Source of the DNA: an uncultured Leptolinea sp.
Lineage (GTDB): Bacteria; Chloroflexota; Anaerolineae; Anaerolineales; Anaerolineaceae
DNA: 58,592 nt
Direction: 5' to 3'
Assembly (NCBI GenBank): GCA_964457635.1
Contig: CAYWGX010000001.1
Span: 1-58,592 of the forward strand
The translations under genes and the position numbers were made by a program. Below the pieces are notes generated by a model. That model was given only the letters and a program-made list of their open reading frames with translations, searched no databases and was not told the DNA's origin. This document shows, piece after piece, positions 36,817 to 47,266 of the stretch; the stretch's first letter is position 1; every line of letters starts with the position of its first letter.

Positions 36817-37872
36817 TCAGCCGGTAAAATAGTTGAAGCAGAAATCCGCGAGATTTTTTCCATCCGGTGCGGCAAGATACCAGCAGGTGAACCAGCGGTC
36901 ATTGTCCTCATAAATTTCCATCGGCATGTTGAAAACAGCCGTTTCTCCCGGTGCGACGTTCCCGGAAAGCGGGAAGGAATTGACGTGCATCCAGTTATAG
37001 CCGGAGTAAAACACCAGTGAGAAGGAACTGTCCCAGCTTGAAGTCCCGTTGTTAATGAAGGCTGCGCTGAGACTCTCATAGTGATCATATGCCTGAAAGC
37101 TGTGCCCGGAGGCAGGATCCAAAGAAACCAGCTCTGCAGAAAGCTCTGCGCTGGAAAACCGTGCCGGTGCGCTGCCTTCGGTCTTGTGGAAGGGATGCGA
37201 AGCGTCAAATCCGGAGCTGCTTCCTGAATTGTTCGTTTGCGCGCTTTGCGCTGCATTGACCCCGCTGCCGTGGTTGTAACAAAAATCGTAAAAAGATTCG
37301 CCTGCAGGGTTTTTCAGCAGCCAGCAGGCCTTCCAGGAGCTATCGGTTTTTGTGATCGGAATTTCAAAGGAAGCCTGGTCCCCGGGATAGACAATTTTGG
37401 AAAGCTCTGTTCTGTCTTTTCCGGTGGGATTCATTCCCGCGTAGAATTCGAGATAATACGCTTCTGTCCAGGTGGAATCGCCGGTATTGCGGAATGCGGC
37501 ATAGAGTGTGTCGAACGCATTTGTTGTATATTCCTGCGGGGAGAAATAAAGCCATTCGGCGCGGTCGCTTCCGCTGCTGAGAGGCCGGGAAATCTGTGAG
37601 GCAGCCGTATCCGAGGATGGCTGTGCATGGGAAAAGGCTTCTTCAAAATTTACTGCTTTTATCAGCTGCGGAGTGGCGGTCGGGTTCTCCGCTGTGTTCG
37701 TAATTTGATCGCGGTCAGTTTTTGCTGCAGTTGCTGCTGAAATGTTCAGGTTCCACAGGACTGCATTGGTTGCTGCCGGTTCAATTCCGATATCTTTCCG
37801 GGCTGAGGGAACATTACAGGAAACAAGAAAAAAACACAAGAACAGAACGACAAAACAGTGATTACTTCGCAT
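36817..37872 (-). CDS. Lipoprotein with two NBR1-Ig-like domains (start placed at ATG 37872)
   Basis: Lipobox LVSC; two repeats of AAF.N.G...W...Y/F.L.FY.G.N......V.PG..A.F...W.L..P.G...DFC. Confidence 0.75.
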   Translation of the reverse strand: MRSNHCFVVLFLCFFLVSCNVPSARKDIGIEPAATNAVLWNLNISAATAAKTDRDQITNTAENPTATPQLIKAVNFEEAFSHAQPSSDTAASQISRPLSSGSDRAEWLYFSPQEYTTNAFDTLYAAFRNTGDSTWTEAYYLEFYAGMNPTGKDRTELSKIVYPGDQASFEIPITKTDSSWKACWLLKNPAGESFYDFCYNHGSGVNAAQSAQTNNSGSSSGFDASHPFHKTEGSAPARFSSAELSAELVSLDPASGHSFQAYDHYESLSAAFINNGTSSWDSSFSLVFYSGYNWMHVNSFPLSGNVAPGETAVFNMPMEIYEDNDRWFTCWYLAAPDGKNLADFCFNYFTG

Positions 37873-40300
37873 AGAGTTGATTGTAAATCTTTGTGTTCCG
37901 GTAAACATTTTGAACATAGTTCCTGGTTTCCTGAAAGCGGATGATCTCGAAGAGCAGGTCCGGATCATTTGTGGAAAGATTCAGCCATTTTTGAGTGTTT
38001 CCTGAGCCGCCGTTATAGGCTGCGAGCATGGCGGCTGCATTATAATTGAAATATGTGAAGACCCGTTTCAGGTATTGTGCACCGAAGTTTACGGCAACCG
38101 GTACGCGATTCAGGTCCGATTCTCTGTAATTGGGCGGCCAATGGAGTGTTTTGGCAATCTCCGCCCCCGTTTCAGGCATGATCTGCATCAGGCCTCTTGC
38201 CCCGGCTGCTGATGTCACCCACGGGTTGTACATGCTTTCCTGTTTCATCAGCGCATAGAGGATAAAAGGCGATATGTCGTAGATATTGTATGCGTCACGT
38301 ACATAGTCCTGATACCATGTTCCGAATCGGATGTGATTGAAGTAATTTGGGACGTCCAGTGTGCGGTCATCTTCATAGAGGCCGGCTGCGGTAAGGATCT
38401 GACGGCTGGTATAGGCACAGACGTTATACATTTTCAGGTCCAGCATTTCATCCAGAAAAACATAAGATGCTTTTGGCTGCTCCATCAGTTTTTCCTGGAC
38501 GGTTTCAAAGCTGACCGAAGCACGGTAATAATCACCAAGTGCATAATATTCCAGACCTTCCAAATAGTCCGGATCATATTTATAATCTGAATTGTCCTTG
38601 AGGTCGTTGGTATCCAATCCGAAAGTCAGTATCATCCACTGGTCTGCAACCTGCCGTTCGGATTCAAGATCGACATTGAGGTCGTAATCATCAGAGCAGC
38701 TCAGGTAAGAATTCCCGGCTGAGAGCTCGGCAGCACGAAGTGAATAATAACCGGTTCGGGATTGTTCGGCTGCTCGGTCCAGATATTTTTGCTTGTTGTA
38801 GGAATCACCGCGTTTCTGATAGATCTTTGCCATCCAGAAGTTTGCCTGCGCCTGATCTTCCGGTATTCCGCTGACCAGCAGCAGACGGTTCAGGTAAACG
38901 AGTGATGCTTCGTAATCGCCGGTTCGATAAGTGCAGATCGCCGCGTTGAAAAGAGCTTTTTTGCTGTTCTCATACAGCGGATATTCGTCGATCAGTCTCG
39001 CCCAGGTTTTTGCGGCATCGGTCAGGTAATTGCCCCGTTCGAGGATCCGTCCCGCTTCGTATAAAAAGGAAGCTGAATCTGCCTGGTCCGGATGCCTTCT
39101 GACATAGTCGGTCAGCGTGTTGGCAGCGGGTCTGTAGCGTTCCAGGTATGTCCATTGTACGTAAGCCTTTTCATCCCAGGCAGAGACATAATAACGGTTG
39201 TCCGGGTACTCATCGATCAGTCTGCTGAAGGATGTGATAGCACCTTCGTAATCTGCCAGGTTCATTTGGCACAGACCGATGAAATACCAGGAGGAGCCGT
39301 CATTCCCCGGTTCATTCTTGACATATCTGCGAAATGCGTCATTGGCAAGGGCATATTGTCCGACATAATAATTGATCAATCCGCGCTGATATTCATTGAC
39401 ATTCTGCGAGTTGTCAATGAGCCATAACAGCATCAGATAGCTGTAGTAGCTGCGCGGAAAGCTGTTGACGCCATCCTGGTAGCGGGCTATGGCCTGATCT
39501 CTGAGCCCCATTGCTTCGTAAGCGCTGCCGAGATAGTAGTCCGATGCAGCCTTTATGTTCTCATCTGTGGAAAGGTTATATAAGTCTATCAGCCGGCTGA
39601 CCGCTTCATCATAGTTACCTTCAGAGACAAAGGACGCGGCATAATCCAGTTTTACATATTCACTCAGGCTGCTTTGATTGTACGCTTCTGCCCGGTTGAT
39701 ATATCTGCGGAACATTTCAAAGTCTTCGAGTTCCTGATAAGCATAGGCGGTTTGCAGGTAGACTTTTGAAAGCAGTGGTGTGTCGGGTTTATAGGCTATA
39801 TACTTATCCAAACTGTCGATTACTTTGTCCGTAATGCCTGCTTCCGAGGCGCATTGCGCATGGATGTAATTTGCCTTTGCCAGAATGGCGGCAGGCCGTT
39901 CCCGTGTGCTGCCGAGAATTTCATAAAGCTCATCCATCACAGACATACATTTGTCATAATCTTCCCGGAGATAGCTAAGTTCCAGCATATCGGTTTGAGC
40001 ACGGATTAGCTCAACATCATTTGCAGCGCTGCTGATTCTTGCTTTGATGTTGTAATCCGCCAGGTCGTAATCTCCAAACATCAGCATGTCCAGACTTTCG
40101 ATGGAGACAAAAGGTGTCGGTGTTAATGTGGGCGCGGGTGTCGGTGTGAGGGTAGGGGTTGCAGTGGGCGGCTCAGGGGTATCGGTCATCGTCGGAGATA
40201 CCAGTATATGAGAAAGAATCTCGTTGCGCCTTGCATCACAGGCACAGAGAAGAAATATCGAAAGAATGAGTGAAAAAAATAATTTAGACCGGTTTCTCAT
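37862..40300 (-). CDS. TPR-repeat lipoprotein with a C-terminal SLT lytic transglycosylase domain
   Basis: Cys lipobox; TPRs; KQES, GARGLMQIMP, AAYNGG, ETRNYV motifs. Confidence 0.92.
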   Translation of the reverse strand: MRNRSKLFFSLILSIFLLCACDARRNEILSHILVSPTMTDTPEPPTATPTLTPTPAPTLTPTPFVSIESLDMLMFGDYDLADYNIKARISSAANDVELIRAQTDMLELSYLREDYDKCMSVMDELYEILGSTRERPAAILAKANYIHAQCASEAGITDKVIDSLDKYIAYKPDTPLLSKVYLQTAYAYQELEDFEMFRRYINRAEAYNQSSLSEYVKLDYAASFVSEGNYDEAVSRLIDLYNLSTDENIKAASDYYLGSAYEAMGLRDQAIARYQDGVNSFPRSYYSYLMLLWLIDNSQNVNEYQRGLINYYVGQYALANDAFRRYVKNEPGNDGSSWYFIGLCQMNLADYEGAITSFSRLIDEYPDNRYYVSAWDEKAYVQWTYLERYRPAANTLTDYVRRHPDQADSASFLYEAGRILERGNYLTDAAKTWARLIDEYPLYENSKKALFNAAICTYRTGDYEASLVYLNRLLLVSGIPEDQAQANFWMAKIYQKRGDSYNKQKYLDRAAEQSRTGYYSLRAAELSAGNSYLSCSDDYDLNVDLESERQVADQWMILTFGLDTNDLKDNSDYKYDPDYLEGLEYYALGDYYRASVSFETVQEKLMEQPKASYVFLDEMLDLKMYNVCAYTSRQILTAAGLYEDDRTLDVPNYFNHIRFGTWYQDYVRDAYNIYDISPFILYALMKQESMYNPWVTSAAGARGLMQIMPETGAEIAKTLHWPPNYRESDLNRVPVAVNFGAQYLKRVFTYFNYNAAAMLAAYNGGSGNTQKWLNLSTNDPDLLFEIIRFQETRNYVQNVYRNTKIYNQLYAK

Positions 40301-40408
40301 TTTTACTGCGCTTTTTTACATTATGAACATACAGATAAACTGCGGCTTCATCAAATCAACACAACCCATATTTTCATTATATTCTATCTTTTCTGAATAT
40401 AACATAAT

Positions 40409-41152
40409 TTACAGAATTTGATCAAAGGGTAAAAAGCGCAGATGTAAATAACCTGTGAGTGTAATATGAAATAGGGAACATGTCAGTCCTGAAATGATCA
40501 AATCTTTGTTGTCCTTCGGGCGTTCCCGCCATAATGCATAACATTTCAAAAGAATCGCATATAAGCTGCCGAGAAAAAAGATTGCTGTGCAACCGAGAAA
40601 TATTCGGGAGATGACAGAAAGAAAGTGATTTTCATTGAAAATCATCACCCATGAGATTCCTGCAGTGACGATCAATATCGGGATATTAAAGAGAAAATTT
40701 ATCCCTTTATTGCCTGGTTTGGGAAGCAGAATCGTTTTGATGATCGATGCGATCAATTGAGCCGTAAAATATCCCAGTGGATAGGCTGAGAGAAAGCGAT
40801 AACTGACACTTTCCGGGTAGATTTGAAACCCGGGAAACTTGGCTGAATTCAAAATGTCCAGAATATAAATGATGATTGACGCTGCAAATGCCGTCAGAAT
40901 TTGTACGGAAAACAGTTTTCTTTCGGTTTTGATAAGACAGCTTGTCAGAATACCGAAGAATAATCCAAAAAACAGGCCGCTGCAGCGGTAGCAGAAAGGG
41001 AATCCGAATGCCGGAGAGCGTGCCGGAATCTGATGGCAGAACGCAGCTCCTGTTAAATGGTCAGGTCTGACTTTCAGCATGCAGCAGCACAAACAGAACA
41101 GGAGTATAGCAGCTGTAAGAAACCATACGGAAGATTCGGCGTTTTTTTTCAT
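40409..41152 (-). CDS. DUF2085-like membrane protein
   Basis: FCHQIPARS...PFCYRCSG motif; multiple TMs; start uncertain. Confidence 0.75.
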   Translation of the reverse strand: MKKNAESSVWFLTAAILLFCLCCCMLKVRPDHLTGAAFCHQIPARSPAFGFPFCYRCSGLFFGLFFGILTSCLIKTERKLFSVQILTAFAASIIIYILDILNSAKFPGFQIYPESVSYRFLSAYPLGYFTAQLIASIIKTILLPKPGNKGINFLFNIPILIVTAGISWVMIFNENHFLSVISRIFLGCTAIFFLGSLYAILLKCYALWRERPKDNKDLIISGLTCSLFHITLTGYLHLRFLPFDQIL

Positions 41153-41160
41153 TTGGGATA

Positions 41161-42102
41161 TCAGCCTTTTGCTGCGTAAATCGGATTCGACAGGATCCAG
41201 GTGTAAAGTGTTCTGCGAATGGTCAGCGCACATTCAACACGATAATAGCCGGGTTCGTATATCGTGTAAGGGACCCGTTTGCACTGATACCATTCTTTCA
41301 GTAGCTTACCGTTTCTGATCAATCTGCAGGTGCAGCTTTCCGGACATATAATTTTCAGTGTAATGCTGTTTTTCAGATGGATGCTGTCACCCGGGTAGGC
41401 GATAGCATCTGAATTGTCTCCTTCGGCACTGAATCGAAACCCGTGGGCGTCATTCAATCCGTCCAGCGCGAGATATAAATTGCCGTTTTTGATTTTTTTC
41501 AGCAGCAGGAGTTTATCATGAATAAAATCACCATTCAGCGGTTCGTCTGAGATGATATGATTGCATGCGGTTGAAAACAGCTCCTGATAAGTGTATTTCG
41601 ACGCTGTGAAATGAGAACATGTTCCGGCAATGGCAGTGAATTGCTTATCAGACAGAAGAAGACTGTCAAAAAAGTCAATATTTTTCTGAATGTCATTCAT
41701 TCCTGCTGACAGCCCTTTGTTCAACAAATCCTGTGCATTAATCATTTCGATATGTCTGAACTGTCCGGTTTCAGGATTATTATCCAAAAGAATCCGGATC
41801 TCGTTCTGAAAATTTTGTATATTTCGGTTGAATTGCTCCCGTTCAGTTCCAAGGGATAAATAAGACGGAATCTGATCTGAGACAGGGTCAGACAACTCTT
41901 CTCCGCAAATCAGCAGCATCCTTTTCCCCGCACGGTAATAGTATTGATCATGCCCTTCAGCATATACATTTCTATCAGTGCAGAATACTGCGTCCAGTCC
42001 GCAGTCAAGTGCAGCCTGAGCTATATCAAAAAAAGATCCGGGAAAGGATGATAATTTTGTGTAATTGTGGATGCTGCAGAGAAATTCTTCCATTTTTATC
42101 AC
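41161..42102 (-). CDS. PHP/CehA-McbA-like metallohydrolase fold, degenerate
   Basis: GLDAVFCTD, GEE, LK.IKNG, PGYYRVE and WILSNPIY C-terminus; metal ligands altered. Confidence 0.7.
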   Translation of the reverse strand: MIKMEEFLCSIHNYTKLSSFPGSFFDIAQAALDCGLDAVFCTDRNVYAEGHDQYYYRAGKRMLLICGEELSDPVSDQIPSYLSLGTEREQFNRNIQNFQNEIRILLDNNPETGQFRHIEMINAQDLLNKGLSAGMNDIQKNIDFFDSLLLSDKQFTAIAGTCSHFTASKYTYQELFSTACNHIISDEPLNGDFIHDKLLLLKKIKNGNLYLALDGLNDAHGFRFSAEGDNSDAIAYPGDSIHLKNSITLKIICPESCTCRLIRNGKLLKEWYQCKRVPYTIYEPGYYRVECALTIRRTLYTWILSNPIYAAKG

Positions 42103-42180
42103 ATTCAGTCACTATTTTATTGACGAAATCCTTTGTAATCATTATAATTACGAAGTTGATTTTGGTTAAGGAGAAACGAA

Positions 42181-42408
42181 ATGAAAACATTCTTTGACAT
42201 TGCTCTTATTATAACTTCGATTGCGGTAGTTGTTCTGGTTGTGCTTCAGAATCGTGGCGTAGGAATGGGCAGCATTGCCGGCGGCAGTGATCCCAGCAGC
42301 ATTTTCACCCAGCGCCGCGGTGTTGAAAAAGTGATTTTCAACCTGACAATGGTCTTCAGCATTCTGCTTGTGATCCTGGTTGTTCTGAGCATCCTGCTTT
42401 TCAAATAA
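42181..42408 (+). CDS. secG: Preprotein translocase subunit SecG
   Basis: Two TMs; VLQ..G.GMG...GG, RRGVEK; AAGGAG RBS. Confidence 0.93.
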   Translation: MKTFFDIALIITSIAVVVLVVLQNRGVGMGSIAGGSDPSSIFTQRRGVEKVIFNLTMVFSILLVILVVLSILLFK

Positions 42409-42421
42409 TCTGAAATGATTG

Positions 42422-42453
42422 AAAGAGCGGCAATGATTCAGCTGCTCTTTTTT
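42422..42453 (+). terminator. Terminator after secG
   Basis: AAAGAGCGGC/GCTGCTCTTT hairpin plus U-tract. Confidence 0.75.
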
Positions 42454-42503
42454 GTTTTAAATTTATTATTATCATTTATAATAAGCAGATAAGTCGAAAT
42501 ATT

Positions 42504-44201
42504 ATGAAAAGATTACGTTGGCAGCTTATTACAATATTTCTGGCCGGTCTTGTAGTTGGCATACTGTTGCTGACAGACTCAAGCACCGGTCCTATTCAGG
42601 TTTTCGAAAGTCACCCGACGACCGGCGGTATATATCGTGAAGGCCTTGTCGGTGAAATTCAGCGTCTGAATCCTCTGCTCAGTTGGTACAATGATGTGGA
42701 TGATGATATTTGCCGATTGCTTTTCAGCAGCCTGGTTACTTATGACACAAGAGGGAATCCTGTAGGCGATCTGGCAATCGACTGGGGAATATCTATTGAT
42801 GGTATGACCTATAATTTTGCGATCAATCCGAATGCACAGTGGCATGACGGTCAGCCTGTTACCGCAGATGATGTTATTTTCACCTATGAATTACTGAAGT
42901 CCGGTAAAGGATATGTACCTGATGACATCATTAATTTTTGGAACAATGTAACAATCAATCCGGTCGAGACGAAATCATTACAATTTGTTCTTGACGAAGC
43001 ATTTTCACCATTTCTTGATTATCTGAATGTCGGTATCCTTCCCAGGCATATCTATGGCGGTATGTCTTTTGAAGAAATGGTAGATTCCAAAATCAATATC
43101 CAGCCTATCGGCTCCGGGCCATTCCGCTTGAAAGAACTCGTGCAGGATAACGGGAAAATTACAGGGGTAACGATAGAGAACAATTCTGCTTATTACGGGA
43201 AAAGGCCCTACCTTGACGAGATCGAATTCACTTATTATTTAGACAGCAGCCTGGCTTATCAAGCTTACCAACAGGGATTGATCGATGGGATCAGTTACGT
43301 CTCCGGAGATATACTTTCCCGGGTTCTTGCAGATGAAGATATGAATTTGTACACTGCAAGGCGTCCTGTTTTGAGCATGGTGTTTTTTAATCTCGACAAC
43401 CGGCAGGTCGAATTCCTGCAGTCAAAAGGAATCAGAAATGCATTGATGACCGGCTTGAACCGTGAAAAAATCATCAATCAAATCATATCCGGTCAGGCGA
43501 TTATTGCGAACAGTCCGATTCTGTATGGAAATTGGGCTTATACAGCGGAAGGCGCAATTCCTGAGTACAATTCGGAAAAGGCCATTGAAATGCTTGTCAA
43601 GGAAGGCTTTATTATTGCCAGTGAACAGGAACGTGTTCGGACGAAGGAAATTACCTCCGTTGATGGAAACACCGAAAGAAAGGCATTGTCCTTCACGATG
43701 GTTTATCCGGACGATGATCTGCACAGAAGAATTGCGGAATCGATTCAGCAGGATTGGGGAAAAATCAACGTTATGCTGAATCTTGAAGCGGTCAGTTACG
43801 ATGATCTGGTCAATCATGTGTTGCCTGACCGGGAATATGAGGCGGCCCTGGTGGACCTGAACCTTTCCGAATACCCAGATCCAGATCCTTATCCGTTCTG
43901 GGATCAAACCCAGATATCATCGGGTCAGAATTATACACAATGGAATAATCGGACTATCAGTCAATATCTGGAAACAGCCAGGGTGGAAATTGACCGTGGT
44001 GAGCGAGCACGGTTATATAAAAATTTCCAGATTCTTTTTATGGAAGAACTACCCGCACTGCCTCTTTATAATCCGGTTTATAACTACCCGGTTTCGCAAA
44101 AAGTCTCCGGTGTGAGTATTGGCCCGATTTATAAACCCTCTGACAGATTCCTCAATATCACGGATTGGTATATGGTTTCGCGATCATCTGTGGTTGAATA
44201 A
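42504..44201 (+). CDS. Peptide/nickel ABC transporter substrate-binding protein (SBP family 5), standalone
   Basis: LNPL, DLA..W, WHDGQPVTADDVIFT, IGSGPF, DPDP motifs. Confidence 0.92.
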   Translation: MKRLRWQLITIFLAGLVVGILLLTDSSTGPIQVFESHPTTGGIYREGLVGEIQRLNPLLSWYNDVDDDICRLLFSSLVTYDTRGNPVGDLAIDWGISIDGMTYNFAINPNAQWHDGQPVTADDVIFTYELLKSGKGYVPDDIINFWNNVTINPVETKSLQFVLDEAFSPFLDYLNVGILPRHIYGGMSFEEMVDSKINIQPIGSGPFRLKELVQDNGKITGVTIENNSAYYGKRPYLDEIEFTYYLDSSLAYQAYQQGLIDGISYVSGDILSRVLADEDMNLYTARRPVLSMVFFNLDNRQVEFLQSKGIRNALMTGLNREKIINQIISGQAIIANSPILYGNWAYTAEGAIPEYNSEKAIEMLVKEGFIIASEQERVRTKEITSVDGNTERKALSFTMVYPDDDLHRRIAESIQQDWGKINVMLNLEAVSYDDLVNHVLPDREYEAALVDLNLSEYPDPDPYPFWDQTQISSGQNYTQWNNRTISQYLETARVEIDRGERARLYKNFQILFMEELPALPLYNPVYNYPVSQKVSGVSIGPIYKPSDRFLNITDWYMVSRSSVVE

Positions 44202-44226
44202 ACAGGGATTGTAATGAGTGATATAA

Positions 44227-44256
44227 GCAAGGGCAGCATCTGCTGCTCTTGTGTTT
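44227..44256. terminator. Terminator between convergent genes
   Basis: GCAAGGGCAGCA-tc-TGCTGCTCTTGT hairpin. Confidence 0.65.
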
Positions 44257-45065
44257 TAAATATAACGGTAATAGACGGGATACTGTTTACCCTGAATACG
44301 GAAGTTCAGCTGTTCATAAAAATGGACTGCATTTGAATTGTTCCGGTTGGTATTTACACTGAAACTCCTCACCCCGTTTTCTTTGGCATCTGAGACCATT
44401 TTTCTGATCATGGCTGTGGCTGCACCTCTGTTTTGGAATTCAGGAGAAACCACTAATCGCTGAATATGGCAGTTATCATCGGCATAGTCAGCTAAAAGAC
44501 AACCAATGATTTGGTGATTTTCCATTATTGCCAGCTTGTAGGAGGATGTTCTCAAGGCGCAATTTGATTCCGCTGGATTCAAGCGCCATATAGGGGGAAA
44601 GATGGTTTCATACTGCAAAATGATCTCTTCAGACAAATCTTCACAAAATTCGAACGTTTGATCAGATGCGTTGTGCGCCGGAATATTTAATGCGGTGGAT
44701 TCCATCTCAATGATCTCGTCATAGCTGTGAAAATTGTTTTTTTCTAATAATTTGTTATACCAACTGTGTGATGAGATCGTGTAGACCGAATGCCTGCCCG
44801 GTGAAAGCAGTTCTCTTATTTTTTGGGCTAAAGGATACTCGCCGGGGGCAATATCTGAATAAAATGAGTGGAGCCAAATTATCGAATTGTTGACAGGCTG
44901 TAATCCGATTAAATAGTTACTTTTCCTCCTGGTGTCGAGCCAAACGGAGCCATTGGCTTCATGCAGATCCCACAATTCGAGCCATCCGAGGTGGGTGTTT
45001 TGATAAATTGAGCCACGGAATAATGACTCAACTGATTCTTTTTCGGTAAAATTTACAGATCTCAA
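44256..45065 (-). CDS. GNAT family N-acetyltransferase
   Basis: C-terminal LVVSPEFQNRGAA, N..AVHFYEQLNF. Confidence 0.85.
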   Translation of the reverse strand: MRSVNFTEKESVESLFRGSIYQNTHLGWLELWDLHEANGSVWLDTRRKSNYLIGLQPVNNSIIWLHSFYSDIAPGEYPLAQKIRELLSPGRHSVYTISSHSWYNKLLEKNNFHSYDEIIEMESTALNIPAHNASDQTFEFCEDLSEEIILQYETIFPPIWRLNPAESNCALRTSSYKLAIMENHQIIGCLLADYADDNCHIQRLVVSPEFQNRGAATAMIRKMVSDAKENGVRSFSVNTNRNNSNAVHFYEQLNFRIQGKQYPVYYRYI

Positions 45066-45925
45066 AGAGAACTCAGTTTATCGATGATAGCTTCCAGCTC
45101 TTCATCGGAATAATAGTGAATATTGATAGATCCGGTACCGTTTTTTGCAGGACGGAGGGACACCTTCGTCCCCATGGATTGGCGTAGCTTGTTCTCTATT
45201 TCTTTATATTCTGGCGTGAGCTCATTTTTGACCCTTTTCGCCTTTTTGCTGCTTTCCCCCAGCAGACTGCGTATATATTCTTCAGTTTGACGAACACTAA
45301 GCTCATTTCTGATAATATGGTTCATTGCATTGATCTGTGCCTGCGGTGTAGGAAGAGATAGTAGTACTCTTGCATGTCCTTCTGTTATGGCCTTTTCAAG
45401 AAGTGCCTTCTGAACCTCTCCGGGAAGCTTCAGTAAACGCATCGTGTTGGTGACGGAAGCGCGGTTTTTTCCGACACGTTTGGAAATCTCTTCGTGTGTG
45501 AGATTGAAATTTTCTTCAAGACTTTTATAGGCTTCGGCAGCTTCCAAAGGGGATAAATCTTCCCGCTGAATGTTTTCGATCAGAGCCAGTTCCAGTAATT
45601 CGCGGTCGTCAGCCTGACGGGTAATTACCGGTACAGTATTCAATCCGGCGATTTGGGATGCGCGAAGCCGTCTTTCTCCGGCGATCAGTGTATATGTGCC
45701 ATCAGCCTGTTCACTGACAACCAGCGGTTGGATGACCCCATGCTCGCGTATTGAATCCGCAAGTTCAGAAAGTTCATTATCCGTAAAGCGAGTCCGGGGC
45801 TGGCGGGGATTTGGGACGATTGACGAAATCGAAACCATTTTTACGGAATCGTTTGTGTCCATCAGAGAATTGGAAAATAATGCATCCAGGCCCCGTCCTA
45901 ATCCTGATTTTTTCTGAGCTGCCAT
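45062..45925 (-). CDS. parB: ParB/Spo0J partition protein
   Basis: GLGRGLDAL, PNPRQPR, AGERRLRA, ENIQREDL, HTH. Confidence 0.97.
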   Translation of the reverse strand: MAAQKKSGLGRGLDALFSNSLMDTNDSVKMVSISSIVPNPRQPRTRFTDNELSELADSIREHGVIQPLVVSEQADGTYTLIAGERRLRASQIAGLNTVPVITRQADDRELLELALIENIQREDLSPLEAAEAYKSLEENFNLTHEEISKRVGKNRASVTNTMRLLKLPGEVQKALLEKAITEGHARVLLSLPTPQAQINAMNHIIRNELSVRQTEEYIRSLLGESSKKAKRVKNELTPEYKEIENKLRQSMGTKVSLRPAKNGTGSINIHYYSDEELEAIIDKLSSL

Positions 45926-45943
45926 ATTTGTCCCCCGATTCTT

Positions 45944-46705
45944 TTATTTATCCTGATTCAGAATTTCCATAGCAAGTGATTCATATGCTTTTGCTGCATT
46001 GCTGTCTTTCGCATAATAATTAATAGGTTGTCCGTAGGAAGGTGCTTCCGCCAGGCGTACACTGCGCGGTATGATGCTCTGAAAAACTTTGTCCGGAAAA
46101 TATCGGCGGACCTCCCGGACAACATCCATCGCGAGACGCGTTCTGCCATCAAACATCGTGAGAACTACCCCCCTGACATTCACCTGCGGGTAGGAGCGTT
46201 TGACACGATAGATCGTCTGTGTAAGCTGACCAAGACCTTCCAGCGCCAGGTATTCACACTGAACAGGAATGATAACACCGTTTTTTGCTGCGATCAATGC
46301 GTTGATGGTGAGCTGGTTCAGGGATGGCGGGCAATCGATCATCACATAATCAAATTGATCATTCACCTCATTCAAGGCATTCATCAGCCGTTTTTCTCTG
46401 TCGGAAAATTCAATCAATTCGATTTCAGCGCCGGCAAGTGAAGGTGAAGATGGTAAAAGGGAAAGATTAAAATTATCATTTTTTATGACTTCGTCTTTGA
46501 TGGAAGCTGTACCGATCAACACGCCATAGGTGCCATATTTGATTTCGTTTTTATCATATCCGAGTGAGGATGTCGCATTGGCCTGCGGATCCATATCAAC
46601 GATTAGCACACGTTTTCCATGCTTAGCCAGACATGATCCGAGATTGATCGCGGTTGTGGTTTTTCCTACTCCGCCCTTTTGATTGATTAATGTATATATT
46701 TTCAA
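45944..46705 (-). CDS. parA: ParA/Soj ATPase (start placed at TTG 46705)
   Basis: NQKGGVGKTT, DMDPQAN, DCPP, PVQCEYLALEG, RLAEAPS. Confidence 0.96.
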   Translation of the reverse strand: MKIYTLINQKGGVGKTTTAINLGSCLAKHGKRVLIVDMDPQANATSSLGYDKNEIKYGTYGVLIGTASIKDEVIKNDNFNLSLLPSSPSLAGAEIELIEFSDREKRLMNALNEVNDQFDYVMIDCPPSLNQLTINALIAAKNGVIIPVQCEYLALEGLGQLTQTIYRVKRSYPQVNVRGVVLTMFDGRTRLAMDVVREVRRYFPDKVFQSIIPRSVRLAEAPSYGQPINYYAKDSNAAKAYESLAMEILNQDK

Positions 46706-46727
46706 GATGATAACGATCCTTTCAATT

Positions 46728-47207
46728 TCAGGACGATTTTTCATCGATAAATGGTTTTTGCTGCTGCTCTCCGCAATAAGGGCAAAGATTCCAGGGAAGT
46801 TCAATAGATTTCCCGCAGCTGACACATTTCTTTTTGATTTTTGTATGACAATAGGGACAGAGTATCCAGTCATTTTGGATGCTGTGCCCGCAGCTTGGAC
46901 ATTTTTCAGATATTCCGATTTCACGAAGCAAAGCTTCTTCTTCGATTGCATCCTGGTATTTTTGCTCGAAGGTTTTCCTGGGGCGGATGAATAAATAAAT
47001 AAACACGCCGGGCAGGAACAAAACGATCACAAAAAAAACGCTGAGGATGATCATAAAAGGGTCTCTGGTCCGTGACCGGATATCCCGCAGCACCCAGAGG
47101 ATCAAACCGATCCACAGCGCTGCAATAAATGCGATGCCGAATGCTATCGCATAGGTCATCAGGTTCTTCAGCGTGAATGAATCCAAAAAAGCTAAGCTAT
47201 TATTCAT
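46728..47207 (-). CDS. Membrane protein with a double zinc ribbon
   Basis: Two N-terminal TMs; CPSC/CPYC/CVSC/CPYC. Confidence 0.85.
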   Translation of the reverse strand: MNNSLAFLDSFTLKNLMTYAIAFGIAFIAALWIGLILWVLRDIRSRTRDPFMIILSVFFVIVLFLPGVFIYLFIRPRKTFEQKYQDAIEEEALLREIGISEKCPSCGHSIQNDWILCPYCHTKIKKKCVSCGKSIELPWNLCPYCGEQQQKPFIDEKSS

Positions 47208-47266
47208 AACTTTGCAATTATAGCACAAAAAGTTATAATGGAGGTGCGGAACGGGGGAGAAAATAC

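Noticed and set aside
46706-46951. N-terminal extension of ParA in the ORF track (similar extensions for 36817-37968, 52283-54178 and 49335-50546)
   Set aside because: The extensions overlap upstream genes or promoters; family similarity and RBS point to later starts.
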